Source: Coniocarpon cinnabarinum
Taxonomy: Eukaryota
Direction of reading: 5' to 3'
Assembly: GCA_051942205.1 (NCBI GenBank)
Contig: JAVECO010000160.1
Coordinates: 1 to 55,337, forward strand
DNA length: 55,337 nucleotides
Part shown: positions 12,508 to 22,303 of the stretch, one piece after another
Numbering within the stretch: position 1 is the first letter of the stretch
How the letters are laid out: the number at the start of each line of letters is the position of its first letter
The notes under the pieces: generated by a model
Databases searched by the model: none
Told to the model about the DNA's origin: nothing
Seen by the model: the letters and a program-made list of their open reading frames with translations, nothing else
Translations under genes and position numbers: made by a program

Positions 12508-14250
12508 TCATCCAATCAAAGTAGATCGACGGCTGCGGGCCCTACCAGTACCAATGATAGCCTCCAACGCCTTCGCCAACGCAGCGCCGTCATATCGCCA
12601 TCCCCCATCTTCGTCGCGTCTTCCCCATGCACGAACACATTCAACGCCCAGTTCTCGCAACTCATGTGGATCCACCATCGGCGCTCCGTCCTCGTCGATG
12701 TAAATGAGATGAGTGACGTACTTCTTCACGTCTTCCTTCCAGGACCAGTCGACGGTGTGATCGAAAATGCCAGAAGATTCTCTGAGTGCACGCACGATGG
12801 CAGATATGAAGTCGAGCGCTGTGAATGCGCCGTGAGCTGAGGATGTCTCGCGGTCGATCGAGCCGTTAAGAATGAGGATCTTGGGTCTGGATGCGGACAT
12901 CGCGATGGCGGCACCCACGCCGCGAAGAATAAGAGAGGGAATCAGAGACGTGTACAGTGACCCGATGGAGTAGACGATGGAGGTTGCCGTTTGGAGTGCG
13001 GAGATCACAGAAGCATTGGGGTATGGCCGGATTTCTTGGCCATAGGGGTTGATATACCATACCCGTTCTATTGGTGCCGGTAATACAGCAGGATTCTCCG
13101 CTGGAGCAGAAAGGGCAGTGGTTGAGGACGGTGACGCGATGATAGTATCGCTGTCGTGTGACTGCGTCGATTCAAGCGTGGTGGTGAAGGAATCGGGTGG
13201 CGTGGGTGCGGGTGGTGGCGCTGGTGATTTAGTAAAGGAAATGTAGGGCTTGCGTAATACAGGCAATGAGCCGGGCCAGTTTGCATCTTCAATGGTGTCT
13301 GCATGATCGAGGCTTGACCTGCTTCGACGTGCATCCGCGTCTTCGCCTGCGACATCACTCGCATGGCCGATGGGAGAGCTGAGCGTCCGGTGGGCAGCTG
13401 TTGCCGCAAAGTTGGTGCTGGTGCTGGTGGGATCGCTAGGATGAGAAATATTGTTTTGTCCAGGAACATGCGTGCCATCAACGAGACCGGCACATATATG
13501 GTGAGAAAAATTGGTATTGATTGCAGGCAAGACAGCGACATTTTGAGGGATAGAGCAGATGCTGGAGAGCAAGTAGATGGCGGCTTCAAATGAGCCAGAG
13601 AAGAGCCGAGCACTACGCAGCCGTCAGCGCGAGAACTTGTAAGATCACCTCTTCCGGAGGATGAGCCATCCATACCCTGTCAGAAACAGGTTGCCGACGC
13701 TGGCGCTGCCAAAGTTGAATACACTGGTCGGTCTCGCTCGCTTTACTATTTCCAAATTCACGAGGTTGAGGAATGAGCGTATGAGCTCCTTCTTTGCGCT
13801 GTGAATATCATCCCACAAAGTGTGTCGGGCTTCTACGATATCTAGCCATTCGGCACGGGCTGTCGTGGGATCCGGGGCGAGTCGATAGTTGAAGAAGTCC
13901 CGTATCGCACGGCGAGAGGGATCATGAGATGACGACGGGATGAGACGGACTAGTCGACCTTTCGAGGCAATCAACATGACTGCCATCAGGTCGAGTCGTG
14001 ATCAAAGCTACACATACTGCGAACGTCACCAATTCCTGTTTGGTTAATGCATGAAGTAGCTTCAGAGATCGTCGAACATACCAGGCCCGCCAAAGACGCG
14101 TATGAGCTCACTCGTGGAGCCACCGTTGTCACTGATTGGTATGACATAGCTGAGACCGCATTGTTTGGTTTGCATCAGATGATCAAAGACATCAGTGAGG
14201 CTATTGGCTGCACTGCCTCCAGAGAAGACAACGACATTATTGTTGCTCAT
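12508..14250 (-). CDS. CofD/UPF0052 (YvcK/YNL011C-like) family protein; exons 14250-14082, 14035-14018, 13958-13676, 13612-12508
   Basis: The spliced product reads VVVFSGGSAAN..VIPISDNGGSTSELIRVFGGPG-IGDVR-SRLVRLIP..ASVGNLFLTG-ARLFSGSFEAAIYLL..GQNNISHP..IVYSIGSLYTSLIPSLILRGVG..LNGSIDRET. These are CofD/UPF0052 motifs. The three introns are canonical GT-AG. Confidence 0.9.
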
Positions 14251-14719
14251 GCTCGTTGCATCAACGAGACTTGAGCTCCGGATGGTAGACGGTTGATTCT
14301 CTGACGAGGCTTGAGGAGTCAGATCTGAAAGATCCAGGATTCATTAGGCTCGGACTCGATGTGGAGAGGTCTAGCCAGGCACCTTATGCAAGCTCAGCAA
14401 AGCCTTGCATGACTTGAACACGTTGCACTCTTGTTCCTTTGAGGGAGGCACAAGTTGATTGTGATTCGCAGCCGTTGCCACGAGGCGTCAATGTCGTCGC
14501 CTTCTTTCATCTTGTTGATGCCTAAGGAGGTGTCGCCAGTGTTGGCTCGTTTCCAACTCGACTTTGGGGCCGGCTCGCGAGTCATGTCTTCGGAGGCCAA
14601 TGTGTCACTCAAAAGACCTCTCTTTCACCATCTCTTGCTCCAAATCTCATACGTCTTTGAAGCCAACAAATAGCATTCAAAGTCCACGAAAGCAAAGGTA
14701 CAACACCGATCCTTGAACA

Positions 14720-14974
14720 ATGGATCACAAGGATCAATCCGCCTCAAGCACTCAATCGGCAGCCAACGCTACGTCATCAGCGGCCTCCAAAGCCCAAGAA
14801 ACCGTGCAGGACGCCGCAACCAAGGCTGCTCCCGAGCTCATGGCAAAGGCAGGCGTCGACACATCTCAGGCCTCGAAAGGTCAGAACCCAGGAGGCGCTC
14901 CTGGCCAGGAACCCGTTGCTGGCGAAAAGGGTGGCAAGGGCGAGCCATTCGACAAGGGCAATGTGGACGCGTGA
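14720..14974 (+). CDS. Small (84 aa) hydrophilic Ala/Gly/Ser-rich protein with C-terminal GQEPVAGEKG..GEPFDKGN motif
   Basis: The ATG is in a good context (ACAATGG), the composition is low-complexity and hydrophilic, and the C-terminal motif resembles small conserved ascomycete proteins. The gene is divergent from the UPF0052 gene. Confidence 0.7.
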   Translation: MDHKDQSASSTQSAANATSSAASKAQETVQDAATKAAPELMAKAGVDTSQASKGQNPGGAPGQEPVAGEKGGKGEPFDKGNVDA

Positions 14975-15183
14975 TTCGATGGATGCGGCAGGGGAGACAG
15001 ACTCTTCGTATCTGGCTCAGGCAAGCTGCATACGGGATCGATGATGGGTAAGCACTTCAGAGCGAATGCAGCGCGAGGTGGGGAGATTGATGTCACATTG
15101 TAGAGTCTATACCCGAGATCTACAAATCCTGGTAGTAATCAACATTGCAGCGCTTGCCTTGGGCAGCGACTCGACCGACATCA

Positions 15184-17811
15184 TCATACCACGCTCTTCT
15201 TGGACGACAATCCAACTGTGTCCCATCCACTCTTCTTCTCACTGACTTTCTCGCCTCCCACACGGCTCAGGTCTGCGTAGAACTTCCTAACCTTCTCATG
15301 CGCCTGGACTTTGCTCGGATCGAAGCGTAATACCTGCAACCCGTTCATGCTTGTAGCTCGACTCAACGCGACGTATGCCTGTCCTTTTTCAAAGACTCTG
15401 CCCAGATCGACCTTCACCTTTTCAAGTGTCTGGCCTTGAGCTTTGTGAATACTCAAGGCCCACGCGAGGATCAAGGGAACCTGGGAGCGACTGGCCTGCA
15501 CCTCGCCGTTCGGCAGCTCAATCTTCCAAGCCTCACGGTTACACAGCAAGTCTCTTGTGTTTCCATCGGAGAGCGTGAAGCGAACCAGGGGCCAGACCTG
15601 AGCTGTTGAGCCTGCATTCAGATGCAGTTGACGCCTCTTCTTCATTTGCTCTTTCGACAGGCCTTCATCATCTTCTGCCTGGTTCAACAACTCGTACTCC
15701 TCTGGACTAGCATTGTAGCTGTCAAACTGTGCTTCGTTCATGAACCCTCGCACTCGACCTAGAGAGCCATTGACCAGCATTTCATCGATGTTTTTGATGA
15801 GCATCACTTGCGCTCCTTTCTTCAATTCCAGACTCTCCGGAGCCATGCAGTTCGCAAGCATTCGATCACGCTGTGCCTTGTCTGTAATGCTGCCGCCATC
15901 TCGAGCTTCATACGTGATAGTAGAGCCATGTAGTTGGCGCATGCGACTATTGTTGGCGGCGTCGACTTCTTGTCGAGTCGGAAAAAGTTCGGTAGCTGCA
16001 AAGGACGGATAGGCACTGCCTTCAGCCAGAGGGCGCGATAATGAGTGGAACGTCTCCACACTTTGGTCTGACAGATGTCCCTCACGCATTTCGTTGAGCA
16101 TATCGGCAAAGGCACTATCCTTCTGACGAAAAACGTGATGAAGACCAATCGTGTGATCAATGGAAGCCGCCCAAGTTTGAGCATCGAAACAAAAGCGAGC
16201 TTGACGACCGCTTTCAGGCACTGGCGGTAGCTGGAAAAAATCGCCAGTGATCACAAGCTGTATACCTCCAAAAGGCTTTCCGTTATTTCTGAGCCGACGC
16301 GCGACAGTTTCCAGTTTGTCAAACAGTTCAGCATCAACCATGCTGATCTCATCAACAATCAGGACAGATGTTCGCAGCCAACGGTGTTTGGCTTTTTGGT
16401 TGCGCTTGATCTTCTTCACAAGGGTTTCCGGATCTTCCTTGCCCAACCCAATGCCAGCAAATGAGTGAAGAGTGACGCCACCCACGTTGCAAGCCGCGAG
16501 TCCAGTGCTGGCAGTGATAGCGACGCGGTCCTGTTGCTTCGCATTCTTCTTTCGGAGTACTGAGATGATCTCTCGAAGAAGGACGGATTTTCCGGTACCT
16601 GCCGAGCCTGTGAAGAACACCGATTTCTTGTGCTCGACCACGAGATCCAACACATGCCGCTGTTCCGCCGATAAACCTGGTCGCGCAATGGCAGTTGGCT
16701 TTCGCACCTGCAAGCCTGCAGCATCTGTGGGCAAGCTGGTGCTCGTCTCCGTAGCGATCTTCTTGGACTCCTTGCGTAGACGCTTCTGTTGCTCTTTGAT
16801 GGCACTTGCCGTGGTGTTCCATGGATACTGCGATGACTTGGAGTGCGAAGTCTGCGAATGAGCCGCAGTGGATGATGGTCGAGCTTCCGACGATTTTGGG
16901 CGCTGAGATGTGCTGTCTTCTTGGGTTTGCCCCTGCGTCAGCCAAGGAAGAGTCCGTCTCTTGCTAGGTCTTGTGTTGTCAAGACGCTCGAGGTCCTTCG
17001 GGGCGACGCGCGTGCCAGCATGAGTTCGAGACCGTGGCTCATCCTCCGCATTGTACACATATTGTCCAAGTCTGTTTGATTGCGCCGGTGGATTGGTATG
17101 TTCGATGGGTGAAGATGACCAGGGAATGGGTACACTGCTAGGTGGCGGTTCTTCATTCTCTCCCGCAGCAAAGCCTGAATCGCGCGAAACGTCTGTGTGA
17201 ATAGTCGCCTTTTGCACCTTGGGATACGCAGCGATGTCGTTGGATGTTGGTTTTGATGGAAGTGCAGGGTACGACACAGATGCCTTCGAGGACGGGTTTT
17301 CCACGTCGAGGTCAACATCGCTTTCGAAATCATTCTCGTCAAAGGAGACGTCCTGCATCGGCGCTCCAACATTTTCTCTGTCAAGGTTTTGGAGCGGAGT
17401 CGAATCGTGAAATGAGTCTCGCGAATCCGCACCAATTGCCTTTGCGAGCCCGCTAGAAGTCCGCTTAACACCCAAGCTTCGTGCAGGCTCAGATGCTCTG
17501 GTGTCGATCTGATTAATCCTTGACTCTGAGCTGTTCTGAAGGACATTGCTCATGCTGCTATTCGAGTTTGCGGCGGTCTTGGGCATGGTCTTAAGTGGGC
17601 CAGAATAGGATGACGAGGGTCGAGCCAAAGAGGCCTGCGATGAGCCATTGGCATGTCTTGATTGTGGTTGCCGATCATGACCCGAAAGCGCCTGCCTGAA
17701 CATGACCGAGGGACGGCGTTGAGAAGGAGCGGATGGAGGCCGTGAGAGACCGGGCGCGACGACACCGCGAGGCGACAACACCCTGGAGACTCTCGCAGGT
17801 CCAACTAGCAT
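15184..17811 (-). CDS. PIF1: PIF1 family 5'-3' DNA helicase (candidate starts 17811 and 17703)
   Basis: SF1B/Pif1 motifs: FFTGSAGTGKS, TASTGLAA, GGVTLHSFAGIG, LIVDEISM, KPFGGIQLVITGDFFQLPPV, FRQKD, LKKGAQVMLIKN, QVPLILAWALSIHKAQGQTL, GQAYVALSRA. Confidence 0.95.
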   Translation of the reverse strand: MLVGPARVSRVLSPRGVVAPGLSRPPSAPSQRRPSVMFRQALSGHDRQPQSRHANGSSQASLARPSSSYSGPLKTMPKTAANSNSSMSNVLQNSSESRINQIDTRASEPARSLGVKRTSSGLAKAIGADSRDSFHDSTPLQNLDRENVGAPMQDVSFDENDFESDVDLDVENPSSKASVSYPALPSKPTSNDIAAYPKVQKATIHTDVSRDSGFAAGENEEPPPSSVPIPWSSSPIEHTNPPAQSNRLGQYVYNAEDEPRSRTHAGTRVAPKDLERLDNTRPSKRRTLPWLTQGQTQEDSTSQRPKSSEARPSSTAAHSQTSHSKSSQYPWNTTASAIKEQQKRLRKESKKIATETSTSLPTDAAGLQVRKPTAIARPGLSAEQRHVLDLVVEHKKSVFFTGSAGTGKSVLLREIISVLRKKNAKQQDRVAITASTGLAACNVGGVTLHSFAGIGLGKEDPETLVKKIKRNQKAKHRWLRTSVLIVDEISMVDAELFDKLETVARRLRNNGKPFGGIQLVITGDFFQLPPVPESGRQARFCFDAQTWAASIDHTIGLHHVFRQKDSAFADMLNEMREGHLSDQSVETFHSLSRPLAEGSAYPSFAATELFPTRQEVDAANNSRMRQLHGSTITYEARDGGSITDKAQRDRMLANCMAPESLELKKGAQVMLIKNIDEMLVNGSLGRVRGFMNEAQFDSYNASPEEYELLNQAEDDEGLSKEQMKKRRQLHLNAGSTAQVWPLVRFTLSDGNTRDLLCNREAWKIELPNGEVQASRSQVPLILAWALSIHKAQGQTLEKVKVDLGRVFEKGQAYVALSRATSMNGLQVLRFDPSKVQAHEKVRKFYADLSRVGGEKVSEKKSGWDTVGLSSKKSVV

Positions 17812-17917
17812 ACAGTAAGCAAGAACAATAGAAGAAGAGATAATGATGAGCGTCTCCAGAATCATGGGAGATTCACATTATGGTTTTCATTATTTTGGTT
17901 TACGGTGTAGGTGCAGC

Positions 17918-17949
17918 AACGCGCGGTTGTCCCAAAGCAGAACACGCGT
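17918..17949. promoter_or_regulatory. MCB-like elements (ACGCGC, ACGCGT) upstream of PIF1
   Basis: ACGCGT at 17944-17949 and ACGCGC at ~17919 lie about 110-140 bp upstream of the 17811 ATG. MCB elements are typical of fungal DNA replication and repair genes. A short motif like this could occur by chance. Confidence 0.4.
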
Positions 17950-18476
17950 CAGGGACCGAGGCGTGGATAGCCAGTGCTTAGGGTAATGTAGCCCTTCCAG
18001 ATTATGATCTTCAACACGAAACAACTACATTTGTATGTATTTACAAGCAAATGCAAGGTCCACATGGTTGATCGACTCATCTCACCACGATAGTAGCACA
18101 TCGAGTCGTCAAGTTCCATCCGACCATGAGAATTGAATGATACAGTCTGCGATTAGTTACGTTGCTCTCTGTTTCTTGTTCGCTTCAGTCCACTTTTCAT
18201 TTTGAGTTCAAAGAGCGTACAGGTCTTTCGCAAGACATTTGGCGGTGTATGACATTTGGCCAACATGAAGCACTGAGCTATTGAAACACAATCTGGTTGA
18301 GCGCATCCGCTCCTCCACGTCTGACGCAAGTGGGCAGCTTGAGATCATGGCCCGCTTGTGCAGTTGGCACTCATCCATTATCAGATTGGTTTATTGTCTT
18401 GCCCTCCGATGGCACTTGATGGATGAAGTACGCTGCAATGCAGTGATAAAGGAGTTTCTCCAAGTATGACGTCTTG

Positions 18477-19155
18477 CTAATGCATATTGTGACGTCTCCA
18501 TCGAGGAATCCAACTTTTGCGTTCATGATCATCACGGTTCTCGTGGTCATGCTGTTCTCGCCGCAAGCGCATGTGCAGGAACAGACGCTCAAACCACTCG
18601 TGCTTTCTAGTTGAGCGGCTTGTGTCAGCTTGTGAAACATCCTGGTTCACGCTTGTAGTCGACGCGCGCTTGTTTCTCATTTTCATCGTTTCTCCTTTGC
18701 TTGGTTGACCATGCCACCTGTCTAGGCGCTCTTGTTGCTCAGGATACAGGGCTATGCGCGACAGACCCAAACACAATTGGTGCGCATCATGCCAACTCAG
18801 CTCTATGTAATCCGGCAAACTCTTGTGACCAACATAGAGTTCTCTGCGCCAGTCTCAGCAGTCAGTCTGGAAATTGATTCGTGAAGAAGGGTTGAACCCG
18901 AGACGAGGACACGAACTTTATTACTGCGTATGCCACCTTATGCTCATCTCTAGCTGTTGACCACTTCGCCTCGTAGAAAGGTATCTTTACCGTCGCTTCT
19001 TTCGCAATACGTCTCAGCCAGCTTTGTCTATTTTCACTCAATGTCTCGATGTTTTCTTGCACGACGTTCTCTTCAATTTCTAAGCCCGTGAAAGGCGCCA
19101 AGCCAGAGCGCGAGGTAGTTATCCTACCAAACTTCCTTGCGTTTTCGGTAGGCAT
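18477..19155 (-). CDS. Orphan tandem-family paralog 1 (unknown function); exons 19155-18917, 18843-18477
   Basis: Exon 1 reads ..SWLRRIAKEATVKIPFYEA..AVIK. The phase-2 intron is 18916-18844 (GTTCGT..CAG). Exon 2 reads ELYVGHKSLPDYIELSWHD..KHEWFERLFLH. It aligns by eye with the other two copies. Confidence 0.7.
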
Positions 19156-19294
19156 AGAGACACAATGTGTTCGTCACAGCACAAAACCCAAGCAAAGGCA
19201 AAAATGGCTGACAATACTAATGGCTCTACCCGAAGAGGCTTCTATATCTATGGCTAGTGGATCCAACTAAACACTTGTCTTTGTGAACAGTACG

Positions 19295-19490
19295 GAGTAC
19301 ACGTTGCACTCTCGCGAGAAGCACCATTCTCAGACGCCAGCATCATTCAGCTCGGTACAGATTAAATGCAGCCCCCAACGGCAAGAAAGATCTCGACACA
19401 ACGTCAAAGCGCGGCGGAGAGAAGCGGCCGAATATACCAGCAATGGCCTAGACTAGATCGTGCGAAGGGGAGGTCTCTACCAGTCGTAGA
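19295..19490 (-). promoter_or_regulatory. Conserved upstream element, copy 1
   Basis: GAGTACACGTTGCACTCTCGCGAGAAGCACCATTCT (+ strand) lies ~140 bp upstream of paralog 1. Homology with copy 2 extends to GTCTCTACCAG. Confidence 0.65.
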
Positions 19491-19804
19491 CCTATTTCTC
19501 TATCTGCTGCTTATATCAAAGAATTGCAATTCTAACAATACCCCCCTTTTGCCGTCAACTCGGCAAATGTTAAACGTTGTATCTGAGCTATATGAGTTTC
19601 TTGCATAAGTCGGTATCATTCTGGAATAGGCTATGGAGTCGCAGACCCGAAACAAGTACGTGAGGCCCGTATTGATAATGCTCAGAATTGTGCTGCTACT
19701 GAAACAGATGCTTAAAGGAATCGACAGCTCTGCGGACTCTTGATGCTGCTTTCTAAGTCACTGTCAACACGAGCTCTGTCTTCGGGACCATGAGAGGGTA
19801 ATGC

Positions 19805-20618
19805 TCAAACCTTTTGGCTCTTATTATCACCCGTATGAGTTGCGCTGCCAATTGTCTCAGTTGAGGCATCTGTTTCAGCACTCGACGACGACCCCATGTC
19901 ATCTGTGCGTTTGCGCTTCTTTGTCACTTTTGTCATTCGGCGCCCGTGGGAGAATATTGCCCGAATTCCTTGGTTCTTGCGATTGCCTTGATCGCCTGAG
20001 CTACCAGAGGCATCTGTACTTGCGCTTGACGGGTCTGTTTTGTATTCTGCGAGTTTGCGCTCCTCTTGGTCACCGTCTTTGCCTTCTACCGTGTGCTGGT
20101 GCTTTTGATCGTAGGCTACGATCATAAAGGTGAGCAGCCAGTCTCCGTCACACAAGTGCAGCTCAATTTGCTCCGGTTGCGAGCTATGAGCGTCGCTATA
20201 CTCGCTGCATTAGTCATGTGGGTCAGTTCCAACAGATTGACGCGCTCTGCGCGGAGGGTACTTAAGTGATCAACATTGAGGTAACTTTGACGCTCTGCCC
20301 GTTTCTATGTCTATTGCCACGTCGTTCGCAATTCGCTTCGCACTCTGGTATTCTCGTCTCTGCTTCTTCACCAATGCGGGTCAACCAGCCTTGTTTCTTT
20401 TTGACGTCCTCTAATCTCCTCAATCCCTCCGCGCCAACGCCTTGTATGAGACCCGACTTGACATGCTTACGGACTTCATCTGTGGATGCGTCGCTGCCTG
20501 CTTCATTTGGTGATACCCTCTGAACAATCTTGACGGGCAAGTTGTTCGAACCAGCTTTGCCAAACTCGACGATCTTCACGTCAACAGACTCTCCCCCATT
20601 CTTTAAGAATTCAAGCAT
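19805..20618 (-). pseudogene. Orphan tandem-family paralog 2, apparent splice-donor mutation (TTAAGT); exons 20618-20266, 20195-19805
   Basis: Exon 1 reads ..GWLTRIGEEAETRIPECEA..VTSMLIT. At the homologous donor position (20265) the sequence is TTAAGT, giving an in-frame TAA. The branch (GACTAAT) and TAG acceptor are intact. Exon 2 reads EQIELHLCD..VAYD..KNQGIRAIFSHG. Confidence 0.55.
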
Positions 20619-20733
20619 AAAGACTCGAGATAGGCTTAACACTCTGAGTCACAAGTTGCCAAGGTCAAGAACGTTCGTGAATTCGATGTCAATGTTGGAG
20701 GGGGCTATATGTCTGTGTATATGTCTTGCAGGC

Positions 20734-20930
20734 GAGTACACGTTGCACCCTCGCAAGATGCGCCATTCTGAGACACCATTAACAACGACTCGGCTCGGCA
20801 AAACCCAAATGCATCCAAAACGGCATGAACACTCTATCTTTGGGTTTAAAGCGTGGCAAAGATAGCGAGGGAGAAGATACTTCCAACGGCGACGATTCAA
20901 TAGCACAAGGGGAAAGTCTCTACCAGCAGG
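20734..20930 (-). promoter_or_regulatory. Conserved upstream element, copy 2
   Basis: GAGTACACGTTGCACCCTCGCAAGATGCGCCATTCT lies ~115 bp upstream of paralog 2. Confidence 0.65.
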
Positions 20931-21329
20931 GGCTACTACAATCAGAATCGCGAATGTTCTGCTACCATCTTCACCGCAATCTTTGTTGACCATAGTAAAA
21001 ATAAATTGCTAGAGGCCGCAAGGAAACAGAGATTAGAACGCGGCTTTTCAAGGAGCGATTGCATCCTTTGTTCAGATGTTCCTAGATATTCAAAGGTTCG
21101 TAGGAGGGAGAGAGGCCGGGCAGCGTGCTGAAATTCGGCAGAGATTTTCGTATATACCCCTCACGATCGTGGACCTGTGTCAGCCCATTTGCTGCGTACA
21201 TTTAGGAATTGCAGTCCCAAGAAAAGCTTGCCTTTTGCCGTGACTTCAGCAAACGTTGGGCGGTTCAAATCAGCGGTAGAAATTTCTTGCATAGCATTGG
21301 CATCCTCGTGGAGTAGACTATGCCGCTAT

Positions 21330-22185
21330 TTATGCGAATGTGTCAAGCGACTGAAAGCACTGTGGAATTTTGTTGCCAGCTGAGTTATCGTTAGCACAAC
21401 TCCTCTTTTCGAAGCCAACAGGCGGAAATGCTCCGACCTTGATCTTTTTCCTACTACCCAAGTTAGTTGAGTTCCCGTTGTTCTCATTCTCTGTTGACGT
21501 CTGGCCTCCGTGAGGCAGCAATGCTCGAAGCCCTTGCTTCTCGTGCTTGGCCCTGTCAGTTGAGCTCCCCGTGTTCTCAACAGAGGCATTTTTACCAGCG
21601 CTCAACGAGTCCGGTTCGTCTCCTGCAAATTTACGCTTCTTCTTTTGGCCACCATACCTATCTTCGACCATCTGTTGCTGCACCGGATCGTAGGATACGA
21701 CTGCTGGATGCAGCGGTCCATCCTTGTCACAGAAAAGCAGTTCAATGTGGTCCGCTTCCTCTTTACGACCAACGCAGTCCTCGCTGAATCAGCCACAAGA
21801 ATCAGTCCCAGCTGAATCCTAAGACTAATATACTCCACGCGGAGCGCACGTACCTGATCAACAGTGATGTCACCTGGATCTTTTCCTTGATGTTATCTGC
21901 TGCGCGGATTGCGTTGCGTTCTGCTTCGTAGTGCGGTATCTTTGTCTTTGCTTCTTTCTCAATGCGGCTCAACAGATGTCGTTTGTTTTGCTCCAAATGC
22001 GGCAGCTCCTTATCACTAACGCCTCTTATTTCTAGAGGAGTGATCTTCACGCGATTGCCCCCCCATCCTTCCCCCATATCTTTCTCAATCTGCTCGCCGA
22101 TTTTGACGACATGAACCGGCAGTCCACTGGGCGCCACTGTGCCAAAGAAAACGAACTTGATGCCTGGAGGCTTTTGAGAAGACAT
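21330..22185 (-). CDS. Orphan tandem-family paralog 3 (unknown function, basic NLS-like tail); exons 22185-21854, 21783-21330
   Basis: Exon 1 reads ..HLLSRIEKEAKTKIPHYEA..VTSLLI. The phase-2 intron is 21853-21784 (GTACGT..CTGAT..CAG). Exon 2, SEDCVGRKEEADHIELLFCD..VSYDP..QKKKRKF..KHEKQGLRALLPHG, joins the 21330-21683 ORF in frame. Confidence 0.75.
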
Positions 22186-22303
22186 GAGGAATAGCTAATT
22201 TTGAAGAATCAATGGCGAAATTGGTAGCCAATGATAATACCTCTAATGAGCAGTGATCTTCATGCAGTGGCATTTGAACAATCTAGAAAGTTGTCCCCAG
22301 GGC

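Noticed and set aside
11415..12511. ORFs 11431-11730, 11712-11942 and 11852-12511 as a possible gene
   Set aside because: I could not build a consistent splice model or find a family motif, and one ORF runs through a microsatellite. A degenerate gene fragment cannot be excluded.
17812..17865. Hydrophobic MILETLIIISSSIVLAYC extension of the PIF1 ORF as a signal peptide
   Set aside because: Pif1 is not secreted. This ATG is most likely upstream of the real starts.
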